From the NCBI GenBank assembly GCA_965218795.1, contig OZ244653.1, positions 256,001 through 320,000 on the forward strand: 64,000 nt of DNA, written 5' to 3'. Positions 20,560 through 30,082 of the stretch are shown here, piece after piece. The notes beneath the pieces were generated by a model. That model was not told the DNA's origin and did no database searches. It worked only from the letters and a program-made list of their open reading frames with translations. Numbering within the stretch: position 1 is the stretch's first letter; each line of letters starts with the position of its first letter. The stretch comes from a bacterium. Its GTDB lineage: Bacteria; UBA8248; JACPRG01; G963555815. Both the position numbers and the translations under genes were made by a program.

Positions 20560-21594
20560 CTACCAAGCCGTCCGGCTGGGGAACAGCTTCGGCAGGAAGC
20601 TGTTCGTGTAGAGTTCACTGACCGGGACGTTTTTCTTGATGTTGAACGCGTCAAAGGTGGTATCCCGCGTGAGCTTGGCCTTCGCGTCGTTCATGTGGCC
20701 GAGTCCGTGGGTCCGTTGATACGGGGTCAGCATATGGTTGACGACAATCCGCCACACCCTTCTTTCGGTCATTTCGTTGAGGGCGCCCCGGTTCTTGATC
20801 AGATCCTTGACGCCGCCTGCGGGGTCCTCGATCGCGTAGGCGATTCCCCGCCATGAAGCCTCCACGAATTTCCGCAGTCTATTCGGGTTGTCCATGATGG
20901 ACTTGTCGCTTGCGATCATCGTGATGGAGTACAGGTCCAGCCCATGGTCGCTGAACAGGATCGGAACGATGCCCACGCCGCTTTTCTCGGCCTTGGGGAT
21001 GAACTTGGGCCCAACGGTGGAGAAGGTCGCGATGGAATCCACTTTTCCGCTGATGACCGCGGAGGACAGAGCCGAGGCGGGCATGTTCACCCAGGTCACT
21101 TTGCCAGGGTCGATGTCGTTGAGCTTCGCAAGGGCCGGAAAGGTCGATCTCAGTGCGGAGACCTTCGGTGCCCCGATGGTCCGGCCTTCCAGGTCTTTGG
21201 GTTTCCGGATGCCTTTATCCGCCCGCGTGTAGATGACGTTCACGCTCCGGTCCAGGAGGACGCCCAGGGCCTTGATGTCCATCCCGCCCGTGACGCGGCC
21301 GCGTATGACCGCCGGGAAATCCGAGAGACCGAGGTCGCCGACGCCCGAGGCGATCTTCTTGGCCGTATCAGAGGAACCGTATCCCCGGTCGAGGGTGACG
21401 TCGAACCCGGCCGCCTTGTAGAACCCGCGCTCCTGAGCGGCATAGAATCCGGTGTGCAGGGCGTAGGGGATCCAGTTGAAGATGAAACGGACCTTTTCCG
21501 CGCTCACCGCCGTGCCCGGTGTCGTAATCGACCCCGCCAGGAAAAAGAGAAGCGCGAATGCGGCTATCGTTGCGGCAAGTTTTCTCTTCCTCAT
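20560..21594 (-). CDS. NMT1/THI5-like ABC substrate-binding protein
   Basis: Signal peptide, FIFNWIP, ERGFYKAAGFDVTLDRGYGS, PKDLEGRTIG. Confidence 0.88.
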   Translation of the reverse strand: MRKRKLAATIAAFALLFFLAGSITTPGTAVSAEKVRFIFNWIPYALHTGFYAAQERGFYKAAGFDVTLDRGYGSSDTAKKIASGVGDLGLSDFPAVIRGRVTGGMDIKALGVLLDRSVNVIYTRADKGIRKPKDLEGRTIGAPKVSALRSTFPALAKLNDIDPGKVTWVNMPASALSSAVISGKVDSIATFSTVGPKFIPKAEKSGVGIVPILFSDHGLDLYSITMIASDKSIMDNPNRLRKFVEASWRGIAYAIEDPAGGVKDLIKNRGALNEMTERRVWRIVVNHMLTPYQRTHGLGHMNDAKAKLTRDTTFDAFNIKKNVPVSELYTNSFLPKLFPSRTAW

Positions 21595-22087
21595 AACATT
21601 TCCTCCTTCAATGCATTATCATCCATTTGCGATGGCAATCAGATCTTTACGGATTTTCTGAATCTTACGCTAGTTTCAGAGAAATTAGAAATCCCAACAA
21701 CGTCGGAGGAGCGGATCATCTTGGTTTCCCGGGATTGAAAATTCGGACCCGCTGATGCAGAAGCTGCGGAGAACGGCGCACCAACCCCCTGCAACGATAG
21801 TTTCAGGAGGTGTTTCTACAACCTGCGAGGTGGTGTGGACATAACGCGATAACCTGTCCCGCCCCCGTCGCGTTGTCCAGGTTTTCGGCAGAGAGTTTCA
21901 CTGACAGGTTGAATCCGCTCGTGCTGATCACCCCACGAATGTCGATTGTGCTGAGGCCGTCGCGCAGCAGGTGCAGATTCCCCGCGCAGGTTGATCCCTC
22001 GGTCAGAATGACATGGGGGAGCAACCCGAGAGACTTTAGACCGTTGTCCGCACCTTCCATGAGTGAGTCCGTTCTCAAGGGGGGAGG

Positions 22088-23365
22088 CTAGATCTCGACC
22101 ACGGTGATCTCCTCCACCGGCCACTTGGAAAGGATCTCACAGCCGTTCTTCGTGACGTGGAGGACCTCTTCAATGCGGACCCCCTGGCCTTCCCCGTCTC
22201 CGTCCTGGGTTTCGATGGCGAACGTCATGTCTTCCTCGATGGTCATCGGATGCTCCAGCGATATGCCGCGCCAGATCAGCGGGGGCTCATAGAGCGAAAG
22301 GCCGATCCCGTGACCCCAGTGGTTGCCGGCCGTCATGTCCTCGTTGGTCACGCCGATATCGGCCCAGATGGAAGGACCCGGGGGCCACTTATCGGCAATC
22401 TCTTTGGTGGTCACGCCGGGCTTGATGATGTCGATGGCCTCGTACAGCCAGTCGAGGGAGCGTTGGTAAGCCTCTTTTGTGGCCTTTCGGGGCTCGCCGA
22501 CGGAAAAGGTCCGGTAGTAGCAGGTCTTGTATCCGTTCCATGAGGCGTTGAAGACATCCGCGAAGACGACGTCGCGGTAGTTGATCCGACGGTTGGTGTA
22601 GTGCCGGAGGTTCGGCCAGGTGTACGGGCCGGAGGTCAGCAGGCAGCCGGATACGACCTCTCCGCCCAGGCGATAGCACTCCCGTATCATCTCGCCCAGA
22701 AGTTCGCCCTCCGAGACCCCCGGACGGAGGGAGTCGGTGAGGGCGGAGAACATGGCGTCACCAATGGTCGTGGTCGTCCGGATGCACTGAACCTCGTCGG
22801 GCAGCTTGGTCTTGCGCGCCTCCATCAATGCGAGGCCGCCTTCTCCGGAGCATTGGACGCCCTTTTTCTCGAGCGCTGCCATGACGAAGGGGTCATGGAA
22901 GTCCGTGGCCAGCACGTGGTTGTAGACCCCGTGCTTCTTGAGGTCTTCGACGATTTGGTCCACGAACTTTCCGACCTGCTGTTCGTGGGCGCCCGCTCCC
23001 ATGGTCCGGGATATCCAGCCCATACCCGTGATGGCGTACTTGACGTTCTCGTCGCCGAGCCAGGGGGCGAACCGCTTCGTGTGGTACCCGATGTCGCCCT
23101 GCTCATAGAGAATCGGCTGGTCGGCGTCCCGGCAGAGCAGGGCGTAGCGGAGCCCGGAGCTTCCAGTCGTCCATAGCGGGGTATAGGTGGAGGTGATGTA
23201 ACGCGTGTTCCACTCATTGAGCGTCAGGAAGGCCCCGAATTCGTTCTGCTCGAACAAAACCTGCTTGGCGCGCCGGAGCCGCCCTTCCCGGAGGGCCTCC
23301 AGGTTGATCCCCGCAATCCAGTCCACCCGATCCAGGGGAAACGATAGCCCGTAATCTTCTGTCAT
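22088..23365 (-). CDS. M24 (Xaa-Pro peptidase/creatinase fold) family protein
   Basis: EARKTKLPDEV, GYKTCYYRTF, WGHGIG, FAIET, GVRIEE; ATG 23365 with GGAGA RBS. Confidence 0.88.
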   Translation of the reverse strand: MTEDYGLSFPLDRVDWIAGINLEALREGRLRRAKQVLFEQNEFGAFLTLNEWNTRYITSTYTPLWTTGSSGLRYALLCRDADQPILYEQGDIGYHTKRFAPWLGDENVKYAITGMGWISRTMGAGAHEQQVGKFVDQIVEDLKKHGVYNHVLATDFHDPFVMAALEKKGVQCSGEGGLALMEARKTKLPDEVQCIRTTTTIGDAMFSALTDSLRPGVSEGELLGEMIRECYRLGGEVVSGCLLTSGPYTWPNLRHYTNRRINYRDVVFADVFNASWNGYKTCYYRTFSVGEPRKATKEAYQRSLDWLYEAIDIIKPGVTTKEIADKWPPGPSIWADIGVTNEDMTAGNHWGHGIGLSLYEPPLIWRGISLEHPMTIEEDMTFAIETQDGDGEGQGVRIEEVLHVTKNGCEILSKWPVEEITVVEI

Positions 23366-23387
23366 GAAGAGTTCTCCCTCATGTGCC

Positions 23388-25007
23388 CTATTGCGGGGAA
23401 GCACCCTGCCGGGATTCCCGCTCTCGTTCGCGGAGCACTCGGCGGAGGATCTTTCCGCTCCCCGTCTTGGGAATGGAATCGATGAACTCCACTTCGCGGA
23501 TTTGCTTGTAGCCCGACACACGTTCCCGGATAAAGGCCATGATTCCCTCCGGATCGGGCTTGGAGGCGGGTTCCGGCACAATGTACGCCTTGGGGATCTC
23601 GCCCGCGTCGGGCTCTGCAACCCCGACGACCGCCGCATCCGCCACCTCCGGGTGCTGGTGCAGGAGGGCTTCGAGTTCGGCCGGCGCGACAGCGAACCCC
23701 TTGAACTTGATCATCTCTTTTTGCCGATCCAGGATGAACACGTAGCCGTCCTCGTCGATTCGGACGATGTCCCCTGTGTGAAGCCAGCCGTCCCGCAGGG
23801 CGAGGGCCGTCTCCTCGGGCGCGTTCCAGTAGCCCTTCATGACCTGAGGTCCGCGGACGATCAACTCGCCCGCCTCGCCGGGCGGCAGCTGCTTTTCTCC
23901 CGTTTCAATGTCGACCACCTTCTGCTCTTCATCGGAGACCGGAGGGCCGACCGACGCCTCCTTCACCCATTCCTCCACCGGCGGATTCATATGGGTCAGC
24001 GGGGAGGCCTCCGTGAGTCCGTACCCCATGAAGGTGAGCACGCCCGTGCGCTCCTGGACCCGCCGGCGGACCTCGGGGGGAAGGGGTGCGGCCCCGCTCA
24101 TGATATAGCGGAGGGAGGAGAGGTCGTGCCGCTCCAAACCGGGATACTGGGTGATGGCCAGCAGGGCGGGCGGGACGCCGTAGAACAGGGTCAGGCGGTG
24201 CCGCTCCACAAGCCGCAGGGCTTCGGCCACGTCGAAACGCTCCATGAGGACCTGGGTCGCGCCGGCCAGAACCAGCCCGCCCATGATCATGGTGCCGTAG
24301 ATGTGATAGAGGGGGAGAAAGACCAAGCCGCTGTCCCGCTCGGTCATCTGGTGGTTTTCGGCGAACTGGACGTAATTCGAGACGAGGTTTCGGTGGGTCA
24401 GCATCACCCCCTTGGGCATCCCCGTCGTCCCGCTGGAGTAGGGCAGTGCGATCAGATCCTCCCACGGGTCGAGCGGAGGCTCGGGCGGAGGGGAGGGGGG
24501 GTGTCCGTCGATCCAGGATTCGAAATCCGGAAACGATTCACTCTTGCCCGCGACGATCACGGTGTGGAGGTCGGGAAGGTCGCCGCGCACCGCTTCAATG
24601 ATCGGCAGCCGGGATTCCTCCACCACGATCAGCTTGGCGCCGGAATCGGATAGCTGGTAGCGGGCTTCGCCCTCCTTGAACGAGGAGTTCAGGGGGGTCA
24701 TGATCGCGCCGGCCTTGGAGCCGCCGAAAAAGGCGATCTCGAACTCGGCCGAGTTCGGCATGAAAAGGGCTATCCGGTCCCCCGGCCGGATTCCCGACGC
24801 CCGAAGCGCGTGAGCGCAGGAATTGGAGATCCCCTCCAGTTCGCGAAAGGTGAGTTCCCTGTCTCCATGTACGAGGGCGGTGTGCTCCGGGTACTTCTCG
24901 GCGGAGGAGCGCAGGAGACCATGAAACGGATATTCCGGATAATCGAGCGGCGGGCGGAAGCCTGGGGGCAGGTTGATGGGGGCTTGCATGCCATTCGTCT
25001 CGTTCAT
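23388..25007 (-). CDS. Acyl-CoA ligase (long-chain fatty acid / 4-coumarate-CoA ligase-like)
   Basis: YSSGTTGMPKG, GYGLTEASP, WLHTGDI, PKTGSGKILRR. Confidence 0.95.
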   Translation of the reverse strand: MNETNGMQAPINLPPGFRPPLDYPEYPFHGLLRSSAEKYPEHTALVHGDRELTFRELEGISNSCAHALRASGIRPGDRIALFMPNSAEFEIAFFGGSKAGAIMTPLNSSFKEGEARYQLSDSGAKLIVVEESRLPIIEAVRGDLPDLHTVIVAGKSESFPDFESWIDGHPPSPPPEPPLDPWEDLIALPYSSGTTGMPKGVMLTHRNLVSNYVQFAENHQMTERDSGLVFLPLYHIYGTMIMGGLVLAGATQVLMERFDVAEALRLVERHRLTLFYGVPPALLAITQYPGLERHDLSSLRYIMSGAAPLPPEVRRRVQERTGVLTFMGYGLTEASPLTHMNPPVEEWVKEASVGPPVSDEEQKVVDIETGEKQLPPGEAGELIVRGPQVMKGYWNAPEETALALRDGWLHTGDIVRIDEDGYVFILDRQKEMIKFKGFAVAPAELEALLHQHPEVADAAVVGVAEPDAGEIPKAYIVPEPASKPDPEGIMAFIRERVSGYKQIREVEFIDSIPKTGSGKILRRVLRERERESRQGASPQ

Positions 25008-25014
25008 GGTCGCG

Positions 25015-26145
25015 CTACTGGATTAGACTCCGCGCGATAACCAGTCTTTGGATTTCAGATGTGCCTTCGTATATTTCGGTGATCTTGGCGTCCCGGTAGT
25101 GGCGCTCGGCGGGGAAGTCGCGGATGTAGCCGTATCCCCCGTGGATCTGAACGTTCCGGTTGGTCGAGCGGACGGCGACTTCGGACGCGTAGAGCTTCGC
25201 CATGGCCGCTTCGCGCCCGAACGGCCTGCCCTGGTCCTTCCATACGGCTGCGCGGTGAGTCATGAGCCGGGCGGCGTCTATCTCCGTCGCCATCTCGGCG
25301 ATCATGAACTGAATGGCCTGGTGTTTCGCGATCGGGCGGCCGAAGGTCTCGCGCTCACGGGAATAGGCGATGGATTCCTCAAGGGCGGCCCGAGCGATTC
25401 CAACCGACTGGGCCCCGACCGTGAGGCGCCCGCCGTCCAGGGCCTCCATCGCAATCCGAAAGCCTCCGCCTTCCTCCCCCAGGATGCAATCACCGGGAAT
25501 TCTGCAATCGAAAACCAGCTCGGCGCAAGAGCTGGCGTTCAGCCCCATTTTCTCCTCGACGCGCGCGACCTCGAAATGGTCCTTCTCCACCAGAAATGCG
25601 CAAAGTCCTTTGTGGGCCTTGGCCCGATCCGTATTGGCGATGAGGACGCAGACGTCCGCCTCCGCTCCGTTGGTGATGAACCGCTTGGTGCCTTTGAGGG
25701 TCCAGCCGTCGCCGTCTCTCCGAGCGATGGTTTTGAGCGCCGCGGCATCGGACCCGGACCCGGGTTCCGTGAGGGCGAAGCAGCCGATCCGCTCTCCCCG
25801 GGCCAGTGGGGGAAGAAGCTCTTCCTTCTGCTTCGGGGTGCCGTGGTCCAGCAGGGGTTCGCAAACGAGGGAGTTGTGGGCGGCCATGATGGCCGCAGTG
25901 GCCGCGCAGGCCCGGCTGATCTCCTCCACGACCAGGGCTTCCGTCAGGCCTCCGCCTCCCCCTCCGCCCAGGTCTTCGGGAATGGCGATTCCCATGAAAC
26001 CGAGCTCGCCCATCCGGGCTACGAGACCGGCGGGAAATCTCTTTTCCCGGTCCAGGTCGTCCGCGCAGGGGCCGAGCTCTCCTTCGGCGAAGTCCCGTGC
26101 GAGGTCGCGGATTAGGCGATCGGATTGAGTCAACTCGAGTTGCAC
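25015..26145 (-). CDS. Acyl-CoA dehydrogenase (short-chain/butyryl-like)
   Basis: FALTEPGSGSDAA, GTKRFITNG, QIHGGYGY, IYEGTSEIQR. Confidence 0.96.
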   Translation of the reverse strand: MQLELTQSDRLIRDLARDFAEGELGPCADDLDREKRFPAGLVARMGELGFMGIAIPEDLGGGGGGGLTEALVVEEISRACAATAAIMAAHNSLVCEPLLDHGTPKQKEELLPPLARGERIGCFALTEPGSGSDAAALKTIARRDGDGWTLKGTKRFITNGAEADVCVLIANTDRAKAHKGLCAFLVEKDHFEVARVEEKMGLNASSCAELVFDCRIPGDCILGEEGGGFRIAMEALDGGRLTVGAQSVGIARAALEESIAYSRERETFGRPIAKHQAIQFMIAEMATEIDAARLMTHRAAVWKDQGRPFGREAAMAKLYASEVAVRSTNRNVQIHGGYGYIRDFPAERHYRDAKITEIYEGTSEIQRLVIARSLIQ

Positions 26146-26244
26146 ATTTCACCTCCCGTTGGAGAGCGTTGGGCGGTGCAACCGGAGGATGAGGGCCGAT
26201 TCCTGTCCATTCTCAGCCTTTGGCGCGTCAATGCGGGGCGAGAC

Positions 26245-27105
26245 TCATTCGTAGTCGTAGAATCCCTTCCCCGTTTTGCGGCCCAATCGGCCGGCCTGGA
26301 CCATTCGCTTGAGCAGCGGAGGAGGGTGAAACGCTTTTTCCCGAAACTCGTTGTACAGGGTCATCGCGGCATTGTAGCAAATGTCCAAACCAACCAGGTC
26401 CATCAGCGTGAAGGGCCCCATGGGGAAGCCGCATCCCAGTCGCATCCCTTTGTCGATGTCCTCCACGCTCGCCACGCCCTCTTCCAGGGACCGGACCGAT
26501 TCCATCAGGTAGGGGATCAGCAGGCGGTCCACGACGAAGCCCGCTTTGTCTTCCGAGGCGATGGCTTCTTTTCCGATGGAACTCACGAAATCCCACGCGG
26601 CCTGAAAAGCCTCCTCGCCGGTCAGGACGGTTCGGACGACTTCCACAAGCTTCATGACGGGAGCCGGGTTGAAGAAGTGCATTCCGACGACCTGTTCCGG
26701 ACGTTGGGTGGCCGCGGCCATCTCCGTGACGCAGAGGGAGGAGGTGTTGGAGGCGAACAGGGTGGACGGTCGGCACAACTCATCGAGCCGGGCGAGGAGG
26801 CGCTTCTTCGCTTCAATGTCCTCGAAGACAGCCTCGATGACGAGGTCCATATCCGAATGACCGCTCAGGGAAGTTCCTATCTCGATCCGCTTCAGAATGT
26901 CGTCCGCCTCCTGGCGGGTGAGCTTTTCCTTTTCGACGGCCTTGGACAGGGCAGACTGGATCGTTCCGAGGCCGCGCTCCAAGGCCCCTTGGGTCGTATC
27001 CGAGACATAGACCTCGTAACCGGCCGCGGCCGTCACCTGGGCGATGCCCGCACCCATCGTGCCGCACCCCACGACTCCGACTCTTTTAATCGTGAACGCG
27101 CCCAT
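26245..27105 (-). CDS. 3-hydroxybutyryl-CoA / 3-hydroxyacyl-CoA dehydrogenase
   Basis: GVVGCGTMGAGIAQ, SNTSS, GMHFFNP, GRLGRKTGKGFY. Confidence 0.95.
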   Translation of the reverse strand: MGAFTIKRVGVVGCGTMGAGIAQVTAAAGYEVYVSDTTQGALERGLGTIQSALSKAVEKEKLTRQEADDILKRIEIGTSLSGHSDMDLVIEAVFEDIEAKKRLLARLDELCRPSTLFASNTSSLCVTEMAAATQRPEQVVGMHFFNPAPVMKLVEVVRTVLTGEEAFQAAWDFVSSIGKEAIASEDKAGFVVDRLLIPYLMESVRSLEEGVASVEDIDKGMRLGCGFPMGPFTLMDLVGLDICYNAAMTLYNEFREKAFHPPPLLKRMVQAGRLGRKTGKGFYDYE

Positions 27106-27689
27106 CGTGGTTCCTCTCTCCGGCATTGGCGCCGGTCGATCCTCCATCCGCACGGATAATACCCAACGGGTGAATGAAGAACCAGCGACCCTCCTGAATC
27201 AGACGGACAAATTCCCGTTCGGGAGATGGATTCGGCTGGCTTAGGCGGACCCAGGCTCAAATCGTGCCTTCTCCACGGATTCACGGTGCTCCTCCCCGGT
27301 AGCGGACTGATGCCTGTTGCAGATGCCGAAACGAACAATGCCGGAATCGCCTACGACCCTGGAGCTCAGCTGTCACATTATCGAAACCTTCTTCGGGTTG
27401 ACAGTTGAAATCGCCTGTTTTATATATGTGTTAATCGAACTCGGCTTTGAATCTCCATATGGGGAGACTTGGCGAAGGTGAATGGGGGAACCAAAAACAT
27501 AAAGGCGAGAGAGCACTTCAGGGCCCGTCCGGGCGGCTCTCGGCCTGCAATCCGTCACGGATTGAGCAGTTCCCATCCTGCCTTCGCCCTGCCGTGTCGA
27601 TAAACCCGTTTTTCCCCATCCAGATTTTCTTCTGTCCATAGCTGGAGACCGCCCTGTGGGCGAGCTCGTCTTGTGCCTGCTTGGGAATC

Positions 27690-27718
27690 ATCCTGAGAAA
27701 CCGGAAGTTTCTCAGGAT
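27690..27718. promoter_or_regulatory. Perfect 12-bp inverted repeat upstream of the sulfurtransferase gene
   Basis: ATCCTGAGAAAC-cggaa-GTTTCTCAGGAT. Confidence 0.4.
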
Positions 27719-27830
27719 CACGGGGATGTCACGATTTCCCTATTGAAGACCCCAGGATTGCATTTTCGCAGGGGGATAGATTCACCCATTGGGCACAGCC
27801 CGAATTTCCAACCAGGGAGGGATGTAGAAG

Positions 27831-28679
27831 ATGGCAGCTGATTATGCAAGTCCAGAGACTTTGGTCAGCACGGACTGGGTCGCCGAACACCTGAACGACT
27901 CGAATGTTCGCCTGCTCGAAGTGGACGTGGACACCCAAGCCTACGACGAAGGGCACATCCCCGGCGCGGTGGGTCTTAATTGGGAGACGCAACTCCAGGA
28001 TCAGCTGCGTCGCGATCTGGCATCCAAGGAGAACCTCGAAAGGCTGATGGGTTCCGCCGGCGTCACCCCCGACATGACCGTCGTCGTCTACGGGGACAAC
28101 AACAATTGGTTCGCCGCCTGGGCGCTCTGGCAGCTGAAACGCCACGGGCACAAGGACGTCCGCATCATGAACGGCGGGCGCGTGAAGTGGCTGGCCGAGG
28201 GACGTGAGACGACGACCGAAAAGCCGGACATCGCAGCGTCCACCTACACCGCCCAGGACCCCGACGATTCCATTCGGGCGAAGCGGGATCAGGTCATCAC
28301 GGCCGTCCAGTCCGGCTCTTCCAGGCTGGTCGATGTGCGGTCGCCCGATGAATTCTCCGGCAAGCTGCTGGCCCCTCCCGGGCTCGAAGGGAAGGAAGGG
28401 TGCCAGCGGGGCGGCCACATCCCCGGCGCGGCGAACATTCCCTGGGGCAAGGCGGTCAATGAAGACGGCACCTTCAAGTCTGTCGACGAACTGAATGAAC
28501 TGTATGGGAGCCAAGGCATTGACGGCAGCGGTGAGACCATCGCGTATTGCCGGATCGGCGAGCGCTCCTCGCATACCTGGTACGTCTTGAAGTACCTCCT
28601 CGGGCACGACAACGTCCGCAATTACGACGGGTCCTGGACCGAGTGGGGCAACTTGGTGGACGTGCCGATCGAAAAATAA
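27831..28679 (+). CDS. Thiosulfate sulfurtransferase (tandem rhodanese, CysA/SseA-like)
   Basis: GHIPGA twice, active-site loop YCRIGERS, NYDGSWTEW. Confidence 0.95.
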   Translation: MAADYASPETLVSTDWVAEHLNDSNVRLLEVDVDTQAYDEGHIPGAVGLNWETQLQDQLRRDLASKENLERLMGSAGVTPDMTVVVYGDNNNWFAAWALWQLKRHGHKDVRIMNGGRVKWLAEGRETTTEKPDIAASTYTAQDPDDSIRAKRDQVITAVQSGSSRLVDVRSPDEFSGKLLAPPGLEGKEGCQRGGHIPGAANIPWGKAVNEDGTFKSVDELNELYGSQGIDGSGETIAYCRIGERSSHTWYVLKYLLGHDNVRNYDGSWTEWGNLVDVPIEK

Positions 28680-28761
28680 ACCGGCGTTCCTCCGTGCCGT
28701 CCCGTTCCCGCGCTCAACTGGGGGAACGGGCGGGGGGGACGACGAAGGGAGAACATCCAGA

Positions 28762-29685
28762 ATGGCCTCCGTGACCCACCGACAATTGGCCGGACAGTAC
28801 CCGCTCCTTCAACTGATCGGGAACACCCCGTTGATCCCCATCCGGATCGTCGAGGAGGTCTGTCCGGACGTCCAGGTGCTCGGCAAGGCGGAGTTCATGA
28901 ACCCGGGGGGGTCGATCAAGGATCGTCCGGTCCGGCGCATGCTGCTGGAGGCCGTGGCATCGGGCGAGTTGACGGCGGAGAAGACTATTCTGGATTCGAC
29001 CTCGGGCAACGCCGGGATCGCATACGCGATGATCGGCGTCGTGCTGGAGCAGCCGGTCTTGCTCGTAATGCCCGAGAACGCCAGCGAGGAGCGGAAGAAA
29101 CGCATTCTTGCCCACGGCGCCCAGGTGAAGTTCACCGATCCTATTCTGGGATATGATGAGGCCCTCCGCGAGGTCCATCGGCTATACGAAGCCGAGCCGG
29201 ACCGCTACTACTTCGCCGATCAGTACAAGAACGAGAGCAATTGGCGGGCCCATTACGAGACCACGGCCGAGGAGATCCTCGCCCAGACGAAAGGACAGAT
29301 CTCCCATTTCGTTGCAGGGGTCGGCACCGGCGGGACGGTTACCGGCATCGGCCGCCGGCTCAAGGAACACGACCCTTCCATCGAGGTGGTCCTGGTCGTG
29401 CCCGAGGAATGGCCCGGCGTGGAAGGGCTGAAGCCGCTCGGCCCCGGTTATATCTCGCCCGAAATTTTTGATGAAGGGATCGTCGACCGGCGCCTCACCG
29501 TCACCGTCGATGATGCCTATCGCGCCTGCCACAGCGTCGCCCGGGAAGGACTTTTCATCGGACAGTCCTCCGGGGCCTTCCTGGCCGGAGTGGAAACGCT
29601 GGCCAAGGACATTCGAAGAGGGAAGGTGGTCACCATCCTCCCGGATATGGGGGAACGCTACTTCTCGACCCGACTCTGGCACTGA
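28762..29685 (+). CDS. PLP-dependent cysteine synthase family protein (CysM-like)
   Basis: IGNTPL, NPGGSIKDR, STSGNAG, GVGTGGT, PDMGERYFS. Confidence 0.92.
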   Translation: MASVTHRQLAGQYPLLQLIGNTPLIPIRIVEEVCPDVQVLGKAEFMNPGGSIKDRPVRRMLLEAVASGELTAEKTILDSTSGNAGIAYAMIGVVLEQPVLLVMPENASEERKKRILAHGAQVKFTDPILGYDEALREVHRLYEAEPDRYYFADQYKNESNWRAHYETTAEEILAQTKGQISHFVAGVGTGGTVTGIGRRLKEHDPSIEVVLVVPEEWPGVEGLKPLGPGYISPEIFDEGIVDRRLTVTVDDAYRACHSVAREGLFIGQSSGAFLAGVETLAKDIRRGKVVTILPDMGERYFSTRLWH

Positions 29686-29727
29686 GCAGGGGGGGCGAAG
29701 CGAAGGAAGCGGTGTTTCGCCAAATGG

Positions 29728-29874
29728 TGACTTTTTGCAGTTGTTCCCGGACCGTTTCGATCATCTGCACGACTGAAAACGGTTCGGTCAGAACCAAATC
29801 GTTCTTATCCTCTTCGACGCGCTGATCGTTGCCTTTCCGACCCCAGCTCGAAAAATAATGGGAATGATACGCTT
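29728..29874 (-). pseudogene. C-terminal remnant of a response-regulator receiver domain
   Basis: IPIIF, frameshift, then SSWG...DLVLTEPFSVVQMIETVREQL, resembling the REC beta4-beta5 KPF region. Confidence 0.5.
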
Positions 29875-29883
29875 GCCTAGCCA

Positions 29884-29998
29884 GGCCTTTTCTCTGGATT
29901 CCCGATTCCGCGGGAATGACAACCAGAACCATGCCGTTCCCCCCAGCGCGGTCCACCCCCGACGAAAGCCTTCGGGGGCAGGCTGAAACGGGAATCCA
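29884..29998. repeat. ATTCCC-N8-GGGAAT type palindromic element (dRS3/RPE-like), copy A
   Basis: TGGATTCCCGATTCCGCGGGAATGAC at 29895-29920, internal hairpin CCCCCGA...TCGGGGG, closing CGGGAATCCA. Confidence 0.75.
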
Positions 29999-30082
29999 TC
30001 ACAAGGGAGAAGTTGACTTACGCGGCACCTGACGATCGCGAGGAGAGGATACGGCCATAGGGAATTTTGAGAATGGGACGGC

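Noticed and set aside
21803-22078. 91-aa minus-strand ORF with faint ACT-domain-like segment (IDIRGVISTSGFNLSV)
   Set aside because: Resemblance too weak, and no convincing start or RBS.
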